This document shows, in pieces, positions 1 through 14,437 of a DNA stretch of 64,000 nt; position 1 is the stretch's first letter; every line of letters starts with the position of its first letter. The notes below the pieces were generated by a model that made no database searches, was not told where the DNA came from, and saw only the letters and a list, made by a program, of their open reading frames with translations. This stretch comes from Psammoneis japonica (Eukaryota): contig QPGO01000151.1 of assembly GCA_008632985.1 (NCBI GenBank), forward strand, positions 124,001 to 188,000, read 5' to 3'. The position numbers were made by a program, and so were the translations under genes.

Positions 1-3000
1 TCTCTTCCACACCTTTTTGATGCACAGCCTGGACTCTGTTGAGTTTCTTTTTGGCAATGAGTGCACCAACACACCTGTTCATGGTTCATGGGACAGCCCC
101 CCCCATTCATTCATTGGTGCCACTGTCAAACCATGCTTCAAACAACATGCAGCCAGAGTTTGGCTCATCAAAGCAACCAAACAAGTGTGGAACAGGCTCC
201 ACTGAGTTGCCAGGGTGCTTTTTTTTGTGATCCCATGAACTTGGCTCAGTCCAAATTAATTTTGCAACCTTCAACATTGCTCGAGCATTGCCGTGCCTTT
301 GCTCAGTTGTCTCCCTTTCTTTTTGGTGGCACTCATCTTTACTTGGCAGCCAAACCAATGATGCTCTTGGTGCTCTTGGTCTTGGCTTTGAGGTGCAAAG
401 GCCATGAAAATCATTGCCATTGCTTGCTTGGTCCATTGACAGCTTTCAACATCTCCTTTTGGCATTTGTGATGTGCATCTCCCACCTTCTCCTTCTTCTT
501 TTCCTTTCTGTCTCTGAGTTGCACAAGTTGTCTGCAGCTGTGTCTGCCTTGCGCAAATCATCCAAGTGATCTGCACGCAGCTTGACTTCCATCGTGCAAC
601 AATGGCATTGCATTTTTCTGCACAACAAATGCTGTTGCAGTTGGAGAGCTGCCCCACACCAATCAACAATGTGAGCCAGGGGCGTCTTGAAAAATTCCTT
701 CTCTTTTGTGTTGTGTGAGAATTGCCATTGTGACAATTCTCTGTTGTTTGCAACTGACTCCACCAACTCAGAGAGCACCACTTTGGTGAAAAAGACTTCT
801 TGTGCAAACAGCTGCACCTTGTTCCAGAAAAAAAGTTGCTGCTCTCATCAGTCAAAAAAACACACAGCACATGGTTGCACCACCAACCAACAACAACATC
901 ATGTGCAATGCCTCCAACAGTGACACCTCTTTGTGATGGCATGGACCAAACATGAAAACTTTTCTGCAACCCTGACTGTCAGAATGACATGCCAGCACAA
1001 TGTGCAGCCAGCATCAGCAGAAAGTCTGGGAGTGCAAGGATCATCCTTCTCCACATCATTGTCTGAATTGTCAGGATCTGTCCTGCTGTGACACTTGTCA
1101 TGAAAAACACAATCGTTGTTGTTGTGAATGTTGGACACTTCAATTTGTTCCATTTCTTGACAACTGGAGCATGATGCAGCTTGTTGTCCACCTGATTCCT
1201 TTGAGCAGCTTCTGATGTGATCAAATGATGGTTGTGTGTTTCACACCAATTTTTTCTTGATCATAAAATGAGGCACTTTGGGTCACACACAAACTTGACA
1301 TGCAGTCCTTCAAAGCCAAAATGTCAAGCTCACTCTTCTTTCCTAACAGTGTCTTCACTCTCAAACAACTGTCAAACACTGTCTTCCCAAAAGGCAGCCA
1401 TGCAGTCCTTTTCATGTCACAGCTCAACTTTTTGGGTGTGCACTTTTCCAAATCACCAAGGTTGACCTGGCTTTCTTCATGAATTTCTTCAAACTTGTCA
1501 GCGCAAAATGACTCTCCCAAATGCAGCTTCTTTTGTCAAGTGGTTGATCCCAAAACTCAGGATCCCCACTTGTTGCAGTGGTGTGGGTGATGTGCTTTTG
1601 GCTAGAATGAGGCAATGTGCCAGAGCAACACCTCCAGAGCTCATTTGAGCAACTGGCTCCAAGCACACAGTGCTGGAGTGTTGTCTCCATCGTTTTCTAC
1701 AAGCTTCTCCCACTCCTCCCAGTGCTGGCAAACCACTTTCAAGTCTGAAAGTTGAGACATGGCATTCACAACATTCTCAAAACCCAGCACTTGTTGCAAC
1801 AAGGCAACAGTGTCTTCTGACAATGAAGGCACACACTCCAATTGTTGTTCATGCCCAAAAAAAGGCTTGAACAACAAGTCCAATTGAAAAAAGACAACAC
1901 CACAATTGGATGGCACCATCATCCACTCATCATCACCCAGCCCAATCTTCAAAACTGAAGAGTCATTCACACAGACACAATCAACAAGCACGCCAGTTCC
2001 TCCATTCTTGACATGGCACAACAAAGCAGCAGCAAGACATTTCTTCATGGCATCTGTGATCAACATTCTTGGTGGCACCGGCACCAACATCAACATGTCA
2101 TTGTTCTTGTTGCTGAGATGTTTTGTAATTTGTGGTTGACTCTCATGGTGAAATTCTTCAACAAATCAATTGGCAACAATGTTGTGGAGCAGTTTTTGTT
2201 GTTTGACAGATTTTGACCCATCCACACATTCTTGTGACAAACAAGGTGTGAGGCAGAAAAGGCCAGTCTTCTGGATCCAGGATCTTCTGTGGTCAACTCA
2301 CTCAAAAAAGCACAAGACCTTGTGGGCATGTCTGGGAGTCAATTGCAGTTTGGAGATGTTGCTCACACCAAGGTTTGGAGACACTGGCCTTGCTTTGAAC
2401 AATGTTTGTCCATTGAGTTGATGAAACCTCTTGACTTGAGGGGACACCTTTGGCTGGCCAGAAGAATCATTTGCTTGAGGGGTGCCACCACCAACAGAAG
2501 ACTCCACCAGCCCTTGTCTTTTCTTGGCAGCTGTTGTGGCTCATGTGTCTGTTGGGGCTGCACTGATCACATGCTTGTGTTTGTGCAACAGCTGGAGGGG
2601 TTCAACATCAGCTGCCATAAAATTGAAACAGATGAACAGAGGCAGCCTCTGAGGCAGCTCCAGATGACAGGTGCAAGACACCAGGCATCACAGCAAACAA
2701 ACCACAACAGGAATGGCGCCAGTGCACTGATCACACACTTGTGTTTGTGCGACAAATGTGCTCCAGAGAGGGGGCCAACATCAGTTGCTGCAGAATTAAA
2801 ATGGATGAACAGAGGCAGCCTCTGAGGCAGTGACAGACAACAAGTCCAAAACAGCAAGCACGTTGCAGCAGTCAAATGAGTTGTTGTTTAAGACAGCAGC
2901 AGCTCTCATTTGGAAACCATTGGGGTGAACAAGAATTTGGCAGAAATTTGGAATGAATGATGAAAGCAACAAAAACAAATGTGTGCAAAGCAACCAAAAA

Positions 3001-6000
3001 ACAACACGTGTGAAGCAACTGAAAAAGAGCAACACGCAAGGTGTCTCTCATGCAAATGATGCCACACAAAATCAATGGCACCAAAGTGCAAACAAGAAAA
3101 TGCAAAGAGGTGGGGCCATCTGCAACAAAAGTGACTGCACAGAGCTGCAATTGTCTTGCAATGGCATGAGATGACTTTCAATGAAAACAACAGATGCCCC
3201 ATGCAGCCACAGCAAAGGTGAAAAGGGGGCTGTGGATGCTTGCAGCAGTGTGCTGCATTGTGGCTGATGTTGTGCACAGGGTGTTCATGTGCATGGATTG
3301 CATGTGCATGTGGAAGCCAGCATTGATCAATGCATGGACTTTGTGCACTTCAAATTTTTGGTTGCTTTCTGGGTTGCTTGGATGTCAGCATTGTTCACTT
3401 TGACACCGCGTGCAAAGAAATCAGCCAAAACAACACAGCAGAGTTTCTAGAACAATGGACAAAACAAAATGTCTGGCTTCTGCAAGGCACAGCAAAACCA
3501 ATGCCGCATTGTTTTTAAAGCACTGGTTTGTGCATGAAATTGCCTTGGAACCCCCAGGCAATTCAGACATCGGCAAAGTTGTTCAGATCATGTTTTTGAT
3601 GAATGCCGCCAGCAACAAAGTTGGTCATTTTCATCTGCTTGACCACTCGCTCACACTTCCCAAGAACCTGTCACTGGCAACTGCACCTGACAAAAGGATC
3701 TCATGGCTGGTGAGCTTTCCATCACTTTTGGCAAAGAATGGCTGAAGCAGCAGCTGCCCCCCCTGCTTGCCATGTGGCCAAAACACACCAGCAGCCCTTG
3801 TCCAGGATGTTTGTGGAAGAAAGCATGGAGGTTGGGTCTGTCTTTTGAAAGTGTTCTTGGCGCCACATCAGCCCACTTTTCTCCAAGCAGCCTGAGTCTG
3901 ACATTGCTTCCAGCCAAAGCTCCCAGCTGCCAAGCCACCCACAAAGTTGCAGAAAGATTCCACCTTTGACAACATTCCTGCCACAACAAAGTGAGTGCAT
4001 GAGTCACTGCAAATGTGTGTCTGTGGGATTCTCCATCAGATCAACATTTGCACTGTCCCAATTTGCAACACACTTGTTTCTGTGCTGTCCCTTCTGTTTT
4101 TCAGAGTGAAGGGACATGCCCTCCTTGTGACAAATGCATCTTGGCCACCAATTTGCTGCAGACTTCACAAGATCCAGTTTTCTTTCAAACATTTTCTTCA
4201 GATGCTTGTGGTGTCTTGAAGTGTTTCATCCATCTGTTGCAACTTGCTCCCACCAGTGGTTTGGCAGGAGCAGGTGGTGCAATTTTGGAGCCAGCAGCAA
4301 TGTTGTTGTTGCAATTTTGGCAGCAGCAGCGACGGGTGCTTTTTGATGCTGGGAGTTTTGACACCAGACTCTTTGTTCTGTTTGATGATTCCATTGCATC
4401 ATTTTGTTGCACCTCTGGTTGTGACTCTGATTCCTCCAGATGTTCTGTTGCAAGTCTTCTTTTTGCCACTGCTGCTTTTGTTCATGGATCCATGCAAGTT
4501 CTTGCTGTTTGGAACAGTTCATTGACTCTCAGCCTCAGCCCAGCATCCATCAAAGAAATGGCAGCATCAGCCAAACCATGCCCGACAATCATGGTCTCAT
4601 CCAAGCTTTGGTTGCAAACAACAGTTTTGGCAAGGCACTGCACAGCCACAATGTTGTCATGTGATCAGGGTTGGGTGATGCATCTGATTCATTTGCCACA
4701 TTTGTGGTTGGCACTGATGCTTTTTCTTCTTTCATCTTCAATGCAATCTTTGCTTTTTCCTCTGGTGAAACTCTTTTGCAGTTTTGCATTGGCCCCAATT
4801 TTTCTGGGTCAGGTGGGTCAGACAGCTTGTTCTTGCCCCTCTTGGCACCAACCGCGAATGCTTGCAGTGGCTCATGTGGTGACTTCAATTGGAGAAAATC
4901 ATCATTCTTGAAACTGGCAGCATCAATCAGTGTTGCAACAGACACTCTCAATTTTTGTTTGTTGGAAACATCTGGGCTGTTTTTCTTTTGACAGCAAAAA
5001 CAGGATGAGAACTCAACAAGAGCATGTTCTGCCAGACCATCCATCAAAAGAATTGCAAGCTTGTGTGGCACCGGAAGGCAGTGCATGCAGACATGCTTTC
5101 CTGCATCGATGGTGGTGGTCCTGCCACTCTCTGCCACCCCTGACTGATTTTCCACTCTGGCTTTACACTTGCATTTGCTGGCCAACAAATGGGGTGCAGC
5201 ACGCACAGATGACATGGCATGCATGCCATCCTTGAACTACGGCGACATTCTGTCATGTGTTGCAAGGCCCATTTCTCCATTGTGCTTGATTGTGCTCCCA
5301 TGTGCATGGAGCATTGATGGATTTTTTGGGTTGAGAGCATGTCGCACGCAGCACTTCATCAAATGCTCTCTGCTGTCAACTCTTGCTTCACTTGGACATT
5401 TTAAGAGAAGACATGGTGGCACCTCTGCACACTTTGGCAAGCTTTCATTCTTCCCAAATGTGACAAGGTCGTCTGTCAACAGGTTTGTGATGCTGCACGC
5501 AGGTGAGATTGCAATCACAAAGAAAGAGAGTGCCATCTCTAAAGTCAAAATCAGCCACAACATCAAACACTCTCTCACTCAACTCTGGCACACTGGGGTG
5601 GCACAATGGACACTGCACTTGCTCAAACAGCTTTGAAACCAAAGAGTCCATTGAGTTGCCCTCCACAATGCTGACATGTGGCTCCTGGAGATCCGCCATC
5701 GGCATGTCATTCGGCACTTCAATTTTGTTGCTTGGCACCTCCCACAATCCATTCTCTGACATCTTGGATGTGGGATCTACAGAGTCTGTTGTGGATCCAA
5801 GACAAGGGGCACACACTGCATCAGCACTGCTGGATTTGTTTTCATTTGCAACTGCGCACATTTGGCAAAAAGTCTTTTAATTTTTTCCACACTCTTGGGT
5901 GCCCTCTCCCGTCACACAAATGTGGCTGTGAGAGGAACAGGGGCCAGGGCAAATTCCAAGATCACATTCATGTGTGACTGGCCCAATGTCATCTCCACTT

Positions 6001-7750
6001 GCAAAGTCTTCAATGTGGTGATCTGCTGGCCCCATTGGTGGACAAACAGAGCACAGCATTTCTCCAAACTGGGTGACTGTCTCTGGTTGCTTTCAAGACT
6101 GGTTGGGGGTCAGTTCAGCCAGTCTTGAGTGCTGCTGCTGTTCAAGCAACACAGCATCTGATGCCCCCTTTTTCTGTGCCACTGTGTTCAAAGCTTCTTT
6201 CTTGCAAGTTGCCACATCCAAGCAGGCTTCCGATGGCAAATCATTGAAAGGTTCATTGCCATCAGCATCTTGACCAATGCGATGAATCATGTCATGAACT
6301 GCAGCTGGTCCCATGTTTTTAAAGAATGTCAGACTCTTTGGTTCTTTTGGGAAAGTGTTGTTTCCAAACAACACTGCAGTCAAAAACAAGTTCGGACATC
6401 AGCAACACCATCAAGCAAAGGCAGGTCCATGGCCCTGTAAATCCCAATGAGTTGTTGCCAAGACACCCACAGACTTTTTGGGTTGTGCCACTTGACCCCG
6501 TTGCAACCATTTCTTCCTTAATTTCTGCTTCATTGCAGTGTCTGTTTTGCTTGACAGCAATGCCAAAACCAGACAGTTGCAAACATGTGTTGCCAGAAAT
6601 GATTGAAAAGTTGGCATCACTCCCGATGGCCAGATCTGTGGTCTTGGCTGTCAACAGATGCTGAGTGCAACTGGGTCAGCCTCAAAATCTCCCTGCAACA
6701 ATCACAACAACAATTTTTGGGTGCTGTTGGGCATCTGCACCAGACTTTTCTGCTTTCTTGACCCTTTTTTCCAAATCTTCTGGCTGACTCTGCAAGATGC
6801 GCTTCTCCTCCCCTTCATTTTGACAAGATTCTTCATGAAGAATGCAACAGATCTGAAGCAGTTTTGTCTTTGCTCCAATGCAGTCAGCTGCACCATGCTG
6901 ACAATCGAAATCATGCTGCATGGAGGCCTTTTTTACGATGACAACAATCCGGATCAAACACTGCATGGAAGACAAAACCTTCACCAATGAGCTTCAACGC
7001 AAGCTCTGTCGTGTGAGTTCTTGTGTCGGCAATGCCAGTTTCATGGAGTGTTTGTGAACCCATGCAGCAAGCATCTTCTTTGCCCTTTTGCATCACAAAG
7101 AGACTGTTTGCAACAATGTTTGGCCTCCCAGCACATGCAGGAGCTTTGAGCCCAGCTGTGTGCCCATCTCACAAAGACCACGTGGAGCCAATGTGAGCTT
7201 TGGACAGCCCGCATGGATTGCCAGTGCCTGGTTTTCTTTGCTCCATCAAGTTGGAGTGAGTCTTGTGGTTGAGAATGATTTTTCAGTTGTGCTTGGTTTG
7301 TGCACTGCACGAAAAGCAACCAAGATTTTGAAACGCACAAAATCCATTGCGAGAGCAACGTCAACTGGTGACAGCTGATGCTGGCCTTCTTCTTGTGACA
7401 AAATGGGTGCCTCTGTGGCTGGAGAGAGGCAGACATGCACTCTTGTCAGAATTTTGTGTCATCATCAAAGCATTTGATTTTTGCTGAAAGCCTAAAAATG
7501 CCAGCTCTGCCAGGTTGCGTGGTGGATCGCGGATCACGACCCTGAGCTGTGGAACAGGCCTGGTGTCAAAAAGTGTGACTGAAAGGCCAAGCAGCACAAA
7601 ACACAGATGATGGACAGTTTGCCAACTTCAGTGCATGTGCTTCTGCATGAGGTGCCTTTCTTGCCTTTGCATTGTGTTCTGCTAGAGAGTGCATCTCGTG
7701 TCGCTCGTCGCCACGAGCATTGCTCCAGCGCGCAACGCTCGTTTGTGCGA
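1..7750. repeat. Highly degenerate TE-like block, depleted of both TpA and CpG; family not assignable
   Basis: TA and CG are rare while TG/CA are abundant. Only short Cys/His-rich ORFs are present, with no recognisable intact domain. Composition returns to normal near 7750-7800. Confidence 0.6.
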
Positions 7751-8025
7751 CCGACCGACATGTTGTGGACAAACAGACAGAAAATCCCAGCCAATCAGAA
7801 CGTAGCACGCCGGCGACGTCACCATTCGTCGTCCACGTCACGTTCATTTTTACACAAGTCAAGCACAAAACTCCAACCAACACCAAACCAACGTCGTCGT
7901 CGTGTAGTTCACTCCTCTTACTCGCTTTTCGACATCAACTCTTTCTTCATTTTCTGCCGACGAAAAGGAGGAAGATACTCCGTGAGACGCAATCCCCCAG
8001 TCCAACTCAAGAAACGACAACAACC

Positions 8026-9638
8026 ATGGGCAACATTGAAGAGGGTCCCCTCGTGACGCAGGCCATGGTCTGTCCCGGCGTGGGCGAGAAGCTCGTCCTC
8101 ACGGAGATTACCCTGCCGCCCATGAAGGCCACCATGGTGCGTACGAACGCTCTTGCCCTTTTTCTCTCGTCTTCGTCATTTCGGAATACGCGCGACGCTC
8201 CGGGCCCGTTTCGACCTTCCTTCCACTACCACGTCGTTTTCCACTCCCGACTGTTCTTGCTTCTCGACTTCTTTTCTCTCCCTCTTTTTTTCCTCCGCTG
8301 ACATGCCTCTCTTCCTTCGACTCCAACAATAATAATAAAAACAGGTCGAAGTGGACGTCCAGTATTGCGGCCTCTGCCATACCGACATTCAGTAAGTCTT
8401 TTCCTTTTTCACATCGGTCGAGTGCTTTGCTTCGTCGGAAAAACGCAACTCCCTCACTTCCTGTTTTCTTTTGTCCAGCATGCGAGACAACGATTGGGGC
8501 ATTTCCAACTATCCCCTCGTGCTGGGACACGAAGGCATCGCCACGGTCCGAAAGGTTGGTTCCTGCGTCCGTGCGCTAAAGGTGGGGGACACGGTCGGCA
8601 TTACCTGGGCCCGGGATTCCTGTCTCAGTTGCGGTACGTTGCGACGCCGCATGTATGGAAGCGGGCATGCATACGCGAATAACTCGCTCACTATAATTCT
8701 GTTTTTCTCTTCTTGCCGACGATCTTATCATGCTGCATCGAATATGTAGACCCTTGCATGGAAGGCCGCGAGAACATGTAAGTAGCCGACAACCTGTAGA
8801 CCCTGAAAGAGGCAATCTTTTCATCCGAATCTCACTCTTAAACTCTACCCATGCCCCTACACTACATGGCAGTTGCGAAAAGGGCTACCAGGGCACGTAC
8901 TTGGGACCGTCGGCCGGGTGTTGGGGAAAGTCCCCGCACAATGAGCACGGCGGATGCTTCTCCAAGGTCATGCGCATCGAAGAACGCTTTGCCATCAAGT
9001 TGCCCGACAATTTGCCCCCCGAAATTGCGTGTCCCCTCATTTGCGGCGGCGGTACCGTCTTTGAGGCCGTCGTGGATTACGTTCAGTCGGGAACTCGCGT
9101 CGCCGTCGCCTCGATTGGCGGCCTCGGTACGGCGGCCATTCGCTTTTCCAAACTCTTTGGTGGACACGTGACGGCTCTTAGCCGCGGTGATGCCAAGCGA
9201 GACAAATGTCTCGGAGTCGGTGCCGACGAGTACTACGGCTGCCTTGGAGATGCCGATGCCATGAATGCGCTGGCTGGCAAGTTTGATCTCATTATCGATA
9301 CCTCGCCGGCCAACGCCGACATAGGACCGTACATGACGATGTTGAAGTTCAACGGCACCTATTGTCGCGTCGGCATTCCCCTCGCTACCGACATGACCTT
9401 CAAGTATGATTACATTCCCCTCATTTTTACGCAGAAGAAGATTGCCGGTTCAATCGTTACCGGTACGCGACGCATGAATCGGATGCTCACTCTGGCGGCC
9501 GATGAATTGGAAATGTTTGCCAGCGATCAGGAGGACTGGCAGACGGAAATTGTCCCCTTTGAAGAGGCCAATGAAGTCATGGAAAAGCTCAAGGAGGGCA
9601 AGAACGACAAGACATACCGGTACCTCTTAAAGTGGTAG
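8026..9638 (+). CDS. Zn-dependent medium-chain alcohol dehydrogenase (cinnamyl alcohol dehydrogenase-like); 5 exons: 8026-8136, 8345-8391, 8479-8633, 8750-8777, 8873-9638
   Basis: The spliced product has CGLCHTDIH and GHEG catalytic Zn motifs, structural Zn CLSCDPC..C, ACPLICGGGTVF and an IGGLG nucleotide-binding motif. All four introns are GT-AG and phase-compatible. Confidence 0.9.
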
Positions 9639-10029
9639 AGAGTGATCGATATCGAGTACCGATCTATATCGGTTGAGGTGATTGTCGCTCTGGCCGGCAG
9701 TTGGCTTTCATTTTTTATACTGTTGATTAGTGCGTTCTTTCGTTCGCTCTCTTCTACTGCTGATTTGCGTGGGCTAGTTTTGGCCCTACTAGCTACTGTA
9801 GAGTCGTAGATGCATTGTAGTACGCATCTTGATAATATCTTATCGACCCGTCTATCAGGAAGCGGCGAATCGACGGTCATGGCTTCAACCTGTAGAAATC
9901 GACATGTGTAGCCGGTTTGCATGCTGCCCTGCGCAACGGCACGTCGATTGTTGCTCGTCAACACTTGAAGTGATTTCCCAGCATTTCGGTTTCGTACTAG
10001 ACCCAATGATGAAAAATGCGGGGAAAAAG

Positions 10030-13000
10030 GAGACAACAGAACATCTTTGGACAGTTCAAAAAGAGCCGGGCAAAGGCCTTGACCAATTCACCGTGGCTGA
10101 ATTGCACTTGTTGGAGATTGGGGCAGTTTTTGATGGAACCCATTCGGACAGCTTGACCCATTTCTTCTTAACTGTGCAGGACAAAAGCTGGGGAAGGCTG
10201 TGTTCAATTGGCAGCGGCCATTTCATGGAGATTGGGACAGCTTTGGATGGCCTTGACCAGTTGTTTGGTGTGAAGCCAGAAGAAGCAATTGTCCCATGGC
10301 ACGATGAGTTTCCACACAGACCGTTTTCATGCAAAAAAGACATGTCCATTGTTGGAGAACAGCTCTGCATCCAAGTCCAAGGCCAAGGCTCAGCACACAA
10401 AACCAGCTGTTTCACGGCCATCAGACAAGTTGAGCCATGTGACACATTGTCTGTGCTGCTGGAGAAGGGTCTGCAGGGGCCCTGGGGTGGATGGCATGGC
10501 ACCCCTTGTGACAGTTCACATTCTTGAAGATCATGCATGTTGGAACCACCACAAAAAATGCATGGGGCACTCAGTGAACATGTCACCAGGCTGTTTTTAA
10601 AATGACATCGGAGGGGAACAATTTGAATCGGGTCAAACTTGACAATTGACAATGTGGGTCTGTCTTTCATTGTCCGCGCAGGTGTTTGGTTCATTGCATT
10701 TGGGGTCCCACTGCACTCAATGGGGGTGGCCACACTGGTGCTTGTTTCATTTGCAATTTGGGTCCTTCATTGAAAATTTAGATCAACAAGTTAGCCCTGT
10801 TTTGTGCTGATGCACAAACAATTCTGATGCCTTCTCATCTTTCCTGTGTCCTCCGTTGATGCATCTGTTGTTCGTCCCCCCCCCCCCCCGCTTCCCATCT
10901 GTCCATCATCCATGCTTCTAATTTTTTTCATTTTGCCAAGTCGTTGCTGTGTCTCAATTTAAATGGCAGCCTGTTGCAGTGTGTCTGCGAACCACAAATC
11001 TGGGTTTTCTGCATCTTGCTTGGCATCTTTGTCTGTTTGCAGCTGATTGTCTTCCTTTTGCCTTGCTGCCCACGCACTCCCAGAACTCCTTTGACCACAG
11101 TTTGTCACACTCCTCTGTGTCCTTGCTCCTTCTCCACTCCTGCATCTGCTTTCCCAATTCCCTGCACCGGTCCAGTCTCTTCTTGTCCCACCAGTGATTC
11201 ATCTTAGCTGCTGAACCCTTGCCATTGCAGAATTTTGCAATGCACAGCTGCTGATGAGAGTCAATGTATCACGGCGACGTGTGCAGCTTTAATGTCACAA
11301 AGGCGTGACAAAAAACTTTGTCTGAGTGGGAGTTGTCTGCAGCAACGTGATCACTGTCGACGCGCAAAACTCTGTGCAGTTCTGCACGTTCCTTCGCACC
11401 ACCACACTGTTCCCAAAACCGGCATGTCAGTGCACATCAGTAAAGAGCCGCAGAGCGTGATGGGGAGGAGTGCAACACACAGCTGCTGATGAGAGCCAAT
11501 GTGTCGCGGCGACGTGTCACAGCCTTTAAATGTCACAAAGGGCCTGACAAAAACAACCTTTTGTCTGCATGCATGCTGCATTTTGCCTTTGGAGTGAGAC
11601 ATCCTCCTGTTTTGCCTCTTTCAACTCTTTCTTTGTTTCGCTGTGCATGTGCACCTGCTTGTTCCAATTGTTCTCTAAAACCAGCAGGCCAAATGCCTTG
11701 TTTTTCACAGACACCAACTTGGCCAAGCAACATCTTGATTTGAAACAATGTTTCCACATTGTCTTCCCCACCACGATTGGCAGGAAGTGCACTGTGAAAG
11801 AGCTTTGTGCCCTCATGCAGTCCTCCCCCCTCTTGCATTTTCTCCAGAGATGGCACCTTGAATTTTTTCTTCCCCCTGTGTGCTCCTCTGGTCATCATCC
11901 ATGCACCCTGTGCATCCACAAAACAACAAGCAACATGTGTCAGCAAAATCTGATTCCCCGTTTTCACCTCACTGTCTTTTGATGCAATTCTTGTGGAGTA
12001 TCTTTCTTCAGTTCCCCACTTGCATTGTTCCTTTTTCTGGTTGTCTGCCTTCATGCTCCATTCTTCAACATTTCCCAAACTCATGCTCTCTTTTCTTGAG
12101 GCACATTGAGCTCAGACAGCACTGTGCCTGCCACTCTTCCATGCTGTTGTCAAGGGCCTTGTCATTCAGAAATTTGCGTTGTCTGAACAACATGTTCTTG
12201 CAGCAGTTCTCCAACACGATCTTGTCCATGTTGTTCATTTTTTCATTGTGTTGCTTTTTCTTTTGTCTCTTGCTTGTCATGTTGTTCTGTTCTTTTGTTG
12301 AAAACATGGTGAGAGTCCCACCTGTGACCACCGATCCACCATTTTGTTGCACCACAGCAGCAACTGGTGCATTGTTCGGTGCCATGTCTGTTCCCTGCTC
12401 TGCACACAATGAGCCAAAATGTTGGTGAGTCATGTGCAACCGCCTCGCATCTGACTTGGTTAACTCTCACCTCTTCTAATGGTGGGCTTTGGTGTTGTCT
12501 GTTCCCAGCTGTCATCAGTGTTGGCACGGTGCTGTGCATTTTGTTTTGTTTGCAAAAAAGTGACCTTTTTCCACATGGTCATGATGAGATTGAAGCACAA
12601 GGCTGCTGTCCACTGATGCACCAGCCCCACCTTCACCAGTTCCTGCACGTTTTTACGATGTGCTCTTTTTTCAAAATTCTGGCACAGATTCTGATTGGTT
12701 GAAACTGTCTGAACACCACAAACTTGTTGTTGTGATCCCCATCAAACAAGCATGCTGTGTCTGCAAAACAAAAGACATGCACATCCAGAGCTGGTGTTCA
12801 CTTTCACTCAATCTAAAAGCCTGTTGCAAATCATGATTCTTTTGCTTGTCACTTCCAAACTCTTTCTTGAACTCATTCTCCACTCTTGATGGCAGTTCTT
12901 TCTCCCAAATCTTCCTTGCACGTTTGGTCTTTTTTCCTTCTTGAGCAGTGTGCAGACATTCAATCAACTGGAGCACTCAGAATCCTCCAATGCTCTCTCA

Positions 13001-14028
13001 CTCTGATGGCACCAAAGGAACAGTCATGGCACAGTGGACGTGACCCATGACAACATGCTCAATCTGGTTGTTGGCAGCTTGAAGGTTGCCCTCAAGCTCA
13101 ATGCTTTGACACACTCCTGCCACTTTCGCCAATGTGTTGCCATGGTGGTGGGATTGCTGAATTGACTGTTTCATTTCCCAGGGTGCCATCCAATCCCATG
13201 AACTTGTTGACATCCTTGTCCTCATGTCACAAATGAGCACAATGTCCTGCATCTGAGAAATTGAGCATCTCATTGAATGCATCTGTGCAGTCCTCCACAG
13301 ATTCCACGGACTCTGCAAACCAGTGGATGTGGGCACAACAAACAATCTCTCTGATGATGTTGTCTGGCAGGTCATGCAATGAAGCCTTGATCCACTCATC
13401 AATTGTCCCCAGGTGCAGGTCAAAGAACTCCATTCTGGGACACATCCACACCATGACTTTTTCATGTGCACAGTTTTGTGATGAAAGAATTCAGCCAATT
13501 TCCAGGTTGGACCCCGCCAGCACATGCTGATGCAGTTCGTGACTCTGCGTTCTTGTTGCCACAAGACAACTCAGATGAACTTGGGTGGACATCACCACAA
13601 CTGGAGAACACAGTCCAGTTGGTCCATGACTTGGCATGCAAGCCACGTTGCAGCACACTGACCACAACATTGCACTCCAACAAGGAGAAGCATTTTCCAG
13701 AGCTGCTGCACATTTGTGAGACAATGCAAGTGCCAAAGTGTCATTTCCAAGATGTCCCACAATGGGCGCACTTTCACTGGTTTTGCTGGCAACAGAGACA
13801 AGTTCACACACCTCCACCCACAACCATTTGTGTTGGGCAAGAATTTGTTGGAGGAACTCCACTGCACCTGCAGTCTGTGGATGTCATCATGTTGTGCAGT
13901 TGCAGGATGGATGTGCATTCTAGGATGCCACACGTCTGTTGTGCAAAAATTCAGAAGTGAGATTTTGCAACTGGCATCTTGTTTTTTGCAGACAAAACAT
14001 GGGTCACACAGAATGGGAGATTTGCTTG
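10030..14028. repeat. Degenerate TE/pseudogene block depleted of TpA and CpG
   Basis: Same composition as 1-7750, with fragmented ORFs. Contains an ~85 bp diverged direct repeat at ~11243-11323 and ~11479-11567. Confidence 0.55.
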
Positions 14029-14039
14029 CAGGAAGTCGC

Positions 14040-14205
14040 TGCAGCAACTCACTCGCACGCTTCTGACATGTGGCATTAATTTTGGATGTCAGATTAACGC
14101 AGCCGTTTGAGAGAGGCTCGCCAGCGTTCGCCAACGCTTGGGGCTCCCCTCTCTTTGGTCTACTCACTTCTTTGTTTTGACATCAGTTTTCAGCTTGAGC
14201 TTGCA
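14040..14205 (+). repeat. Gypsy 5' LTR (166 bp)
   Basis: Direct repeat of 19323-19475/27624-27635. Termini are TGCA...TGCA, probably from TGTA...TACA. Confidence 0.92.
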
Positions 14206-14437
14206 CTGTAATTACAGTCGATTGTAAAGAGCTGAATGAGAAACAATGATGCAACTGATGGGCTTGCGAAACAAGAGAAAAGAGTGTTGAGAGCGAAGGC
14301 AGCAAATTGGGCTTTGGAACAAAAACGGCAAAAGGAGACACGAAAACAACGCGAACAGGATTTGGCGATTCGGGTTGCACAACTCGAGTCGAAGGTAGAG
14401 TGCTTGAAGCAGTTTCTTGGAGGACCAACTTGGCCTG

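Noticed and set aside
10060..10520. Possible decayed LRR-like gene on the minus strand (CPNL repeats)
   Set aside because: Only two weak motifs amid stops; not enough to call.
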